Below are positions 61,262 through 64,000 of a DNA stretch of 64,000 bases, one piece after another. The stretch lies in contig CAZWNY010000003.1 in assembly GCA_964635575.1 (NCBI GenBank), positions 165 to 64,164 on the forward strand, read 5' to 3'. How positions within the stretch are numbered: the stretch's first letter is position 1; each line of letters opens with the position of its first letter. The position numbers were made by a program, and so were the translations under genes. The notes under the pieces were generated by a model. That model was not told where the DNA came from and did not search any database. It saw only the letters and a program-made list of their open reading frames with translations. This DNA is from an uncultured Kordia sp. Its GTDB lineage: Bacteria; Bacteroidota; Bacteroidia; Flavobacteriales; Flavobacteriaceae.

Positions 61262-61993
61262 ATGATGACCTTAGTTTACATTGTTTTAACTCTAATAGCT
61301 GTTTTTGCTATCGTAAAATTAATTGACAAATTTGTACCACAAAGCAAAAAGTGGATTTTTACACTACTTTTTTGGGCCATTACAGTATTTACAGGATGGC
61401 ACTTGTATAGCTCAATAATGGAACCTATTAAGTTTAAACAACTAAAAGAAGAACGTTTCGCAAAAGTTATTAATAACTTAAAAGATATTAAAAAAGCACA
61501 GATTGCTTATGAAACCGTAAATGAAAAATACACCGATAATTGGGATGAGTTAATCTCTTTTATTGAAACTGGTGTATATACCATTACGCAACGTAAAGAC
61601 TCCAGTATTGTTGATATTGAATTAACAAAACGTTTTGGTGGAGTAGAAATGCGAAAAGACATTATTGTTATAGACACCATCGGAACAACTTCGGTAAAAG
61701 ATTCTCTTTTTAAAAACAATGTGCGCTATAAAACGATGATGAATATACCTGGCACTGATGAGGTATTTGAATTAAAAGCTGGTTTTATTACAAAAAAAGA
61801 CAATAAATTAGCCGTTTTTGAAATACGTGTAGCAAAAGAATTATTATTAAAAGACCAACCTAAAAACTTAGTGGCCCAAGAAAACGAAACTATTTCGGTA
61901 GATGGTATTAACGGAGACGCTATCATTTTAGGATCAATGAACGAAGTAACCACAAACGGTAACTGGCCAAGAAAATATGACACAAAAAAGTAA
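61262..61993 (+). CDS. Conserved hypothetical membrane-anchored protein
   Basis: 243 aa with two N-terminal hydrophobic helices followed by a soluble domain. No motif was recognised. It overlaps the next gene by 17 nt. Confidence 0.45.
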   Translation: MMTLVYIVLTLIAVFAIVKLIDKFVPQSKKWIFTLLFWAITVFTGWHLYSSIMEPIKFKQLKEERFAKVINNLKDIKKAQIAYETVNEKYTDNWDELISFIETGVYTITQRKDSSIVDIELTKRFGGVEMRKDIIVIDTIGTTSVKDSLFKNNVRYKTMMNIPGTDEVFELKAGFITKKDNKLAVFEIRVAKELLLKDQPKNLVAQENETISVDGINGDAIILGSMNEVTTNGNWPRKYDTKK

Positions 61994-62804
61994 CATAAAT
62001 TTACTTTCCAACCATATATTGTCCGTTCAAGCTAGCTTGAATGGATTTTCTTTTTGTATTATAGATACTCTTGAAAATGACATTCTGTTTTTTAAAGAAT
62101 ATACATTTAACAAACAATATAACCCTATTGAATTAGAAGAAGCGTTACACAAAGAGTTTGAAAGCAACTATTTACTACAAGGGGAATTTAAAAAGGTAAA
62201 CCTAATTCACCAAAACAATATCTGTACTTTTGTGCCTAAAGCATTATTTAATAAAAATGATGCCGTAAACTATTTGAAATTTAATAATAAAATATTTGAA
62301 TCAGACTTTATTGCTCATGACAAATTGCAAAACCAAGAAATTATTACTGTTTATGTGCCTTTTGTAAATCTAAATAATTATTTTTTTGAACGCTTTAACA
62401 CTTTCGATTATCAACATGCACACCATGTTTTAGTCCAAAAATTAATTGAAAACGCTACACAATTAACAACTAAAATGTATGTAAATATAAACCAAACTTC
62501 TTTTGAAATTGTATTTTTAAAAAATGGAAAACTCAACTTTTACAACAGTTTTACATACACTACAAAAGAAGATTTTATATACTACCTATTATTTACAATA
62601 GAACAATTAGAATTGAATTTAGAAATTATTGAGCTAATACTTTTAGGAAATATTGACATAGAAAATGAATTATATCATATTTGTTACGAGTACATTAGAA
62701 ATGTTTCCATAAACACAAAAACTACACAATTTACATACCGAAATATAGCACATAAACAAAATGATTGTAATCACTTTGTACTACTAAGCACATTCAACAA
62801 CTAA
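61977..62804 (+). CDS. DUF3822 family protein (tentative)
   Basis: 275-aa cytoplasmic protein directly upstream of rsmD, the usual position of DUF3822 genes in Flavobacteriia. Assigned from synteny and general sequence character. Confidence 0.5.
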   Translation: MTQKSNINLLSNHILSVQASLNGFSFCIIDTLENDILFFKEYTFNKQYNPIELEEALHKEFESNYLLQGEFKKVNLIHQNNICTFVPKALFNKNDAVNYLKFNNKIFESDFIAHDKLQNQEIITVYVPFVNLNNYFFERFNTFDYQHAHHVLVQKLIENATQLTTKMYVNINQTSFEIVFLKNGKLNFYNSFTYTTKEDFIYYLLFTIEQLELNLEIIELILLGNIDIENELYHICYEYIRNVSINTKTTQFTYRNIAHKQNDCNHFVLLSTFNN

Positions 62805-62806
62805 TT

Positions 62807-63370
62807 ATGCGAATAATTTCAGGAAAACATAAAGGAATACGATTATGGGCACCAAAAAAATTACCCGTTCGCCCAACTACCGATAACGCAAAAGAAGCTT
62901 TGTTTAATATTTTAAATAATCAGTTTTATTTTGACGAAATTACAATACTCGATTTATTTTCAGGAACAGGAAATATTTCCTATGAGTTTGCTTCACGTGG
63001 TTGTACCAAAATAACCGCTGTTGATAGTAATTATGGATGCATTGCCTATGTAAAAAAAATAACTGCCGATTTAAAATTTAATATCCGTTCTTTTAAAAGT
63101 GATGTTTTTCAGTTTTTAAAAAAACACAAAACACCTTCAAACATCATTTTCGCAGATCCTCCTTATGATTTTTCGGACGAACAGTTTGAAAACATACACC
63201 AATTAGTTTTTGAAAACCAATTACTAACCAATAACGGACAGTTAATTATAGAACACGCTACACAAACCCAATTAACACATTTACCTCATTTTTTTGCTGA
63301 AAGAAAATACGGTGGTTGTGTGTTTAGTTTTTTTAAAGTCAACTCGGTTAGTAACGAGGAAGAAGAATAA
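62807..63370 (+). CDS. rsmD: 16S rRNA (guanine966-N2)-methyltransferase RsmD
   Basis: MRIISGK.KG......K....RPTTD..KEALFNIL, SAM motif DLFSGTGN, and FADPPY. Confidence 0.85.
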   Translation: MRIISGKHKGIRLWAPKKLPVRPTTDNAKEALFNILNNQFYFDEITILDLFSGTGNISYEFASRGCTKITAVDSNYGCIAYVKKITADLKFNIRSFKSDVFQFLKKHKTPSNIIFADPPYDFSDEQFENIHQLVFENQLLTNNGQLIIEHATQTQLTHLPHFFAERKYGGCVFSFFKVNSVSNEEEE

Positions 63371-63395
63371 GACTTCTAATATTTTTGAAAAATAA

Positions 63396-63697
63396 AAAGC
63401 AAACCTGTAAGCCGGATTCTGTACACTTAAAAAGTGTTCTTATCATTTATCTAGGATTATAATTACTCATAATCTCCAACCATCTACCCTTCATCATTGG
63501 GCGTGCAACCCTTAAAAGATGATTTACATGATGTTGCATCGTATAGAGTTTACCTGGTTTCACTACAGCATTACCTGTACATACTTTCTGTTGCACTTGT
63601 CCTCACCTTTCGGCGGACGGGAATTACCCGCTATACTGCACTACGATGTCCGGACTTTCCTCTCTTCCATAGGAACAGCGATAAGACGGTTTGCTTT
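63396..63697 (-). ncRNA. rnpB: RNase P RNA (bacterial type A), compact form
   Basis: The minus strand reads ...GAGAGGAAAGTCCGGACATCG...ACAGAAAGT...GGTGAAACC...ACAGAATCCGGCTTACAGG... These are the universally conserved P4/J-region blocks. A 10-bp P1 helix is formed by AAAGCAAACC (63697->63688) and GGTTTGCTTT (63405->63396). The region is locally GC-richer than the surrounding AT-rich DNA. The ends are approximate. Confidence 0.9.
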
Positions 63698-64000
63698 ACT
63701 GCAAAAATAGAATTATTTATATAAAACAGCATTATTTTTTTAATAATTTGATATTATTACCCGATTAAAATTTAAACGGATACTCAAAAACTATTTGTCT
63801 CCTTTATAATATTAAATACAATAACCGATTGCAATCGCAATTAAGAAACGAAAAACGTTTTTTTAGATAACTATTTATTTTTACGATACATTATTTAAAA
63901 GATTAATCAGATTACTGTAAACAAATTATATATCTTTTATCTTACATCGGAAATGTATTTTATTCTTTTTCTGACGAAAAAGTAATTTAAAGGTGCTATT

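Noticed and set aside
63497-63724. Two plus-strand ORFs (75 aa at 63497-63724 and 63 aa at 63519-63710)
   Set aside because: They lie entirely within or antisense to the rnpB gene. The locally higher GC that keeps them open is explained by the structured RNA, and there is no start context or recognisable protein motif.
1-64000. CRISPR arrays, tRNA/rRNA genes, IS elements, prophage or toxin-antitoxin/defence systems
   Set aside because: I scanned intergenic regions and the ORF list. I found no repeat-spacer periodicity, no cloverleaf-like GC-rich 75-nt segments, and no transposase, integrase, nuclease or methylase signatures. The RecD-like helicase at 59718-61142 stands alone next to housekeeping genes and lacks partner genes typical of defence systems.

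Overview
Visibly AT-rich chromosomal segment with Bacteroidota/Flavobacteriaceae-type gene content: DUF4290-murA, DUF1573-yajC, ECF sigma with DUF4252 pairs, DUF3822-rsmD synteny, and TAnnTTTG-type -7 promoter boxes. Most of the window is dense housekeeping coding. This includes valS (5' partial), murA, hup, fmt, a cdsA-psd phospholipid operon, def, a fused IcmF-type B12 mutase, thiolase, recG, an MsbA-like ABC exporter, Leu/Val dehydrogenase, nusB, yajC, purB, folE, cysS, yidD, bioF-bioD-bioA, kdsB, a RecD-like helicase and rsmD. An RNase P RNA gene (rnpB, minus strand, about 63396-63697) is overlain by two spurious ORFs in the track. The only accessory-looking region is a tightly overlapping minus-strand glycan operon at about 45.2-58.8 kb. 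It holds neuC/neuB/neuA-type CMP-nonulosonic (sialic) acid genes, six GT2/GT4 glycosyltransferases, an MBOAT O-acyltransferase with a membrane-anchored partner, and an unassigned 463-aa GT-B-like protein. No flippase, polymerase or export genes are visible in it. A second notable item is a DUF2007/zinc-ribbon gene inside the biotin operon that is split by an A9 run and can be rejoined by a -1 shift. I found no CRISPR array, tRNA/rRNA gene, transposase, integrase, phage gene or recognisable defence system. I cannot claim a clearly novel system beyond these candidates. All family assignments come from motif recognition by eye and need HMM/BLAST confirmation.
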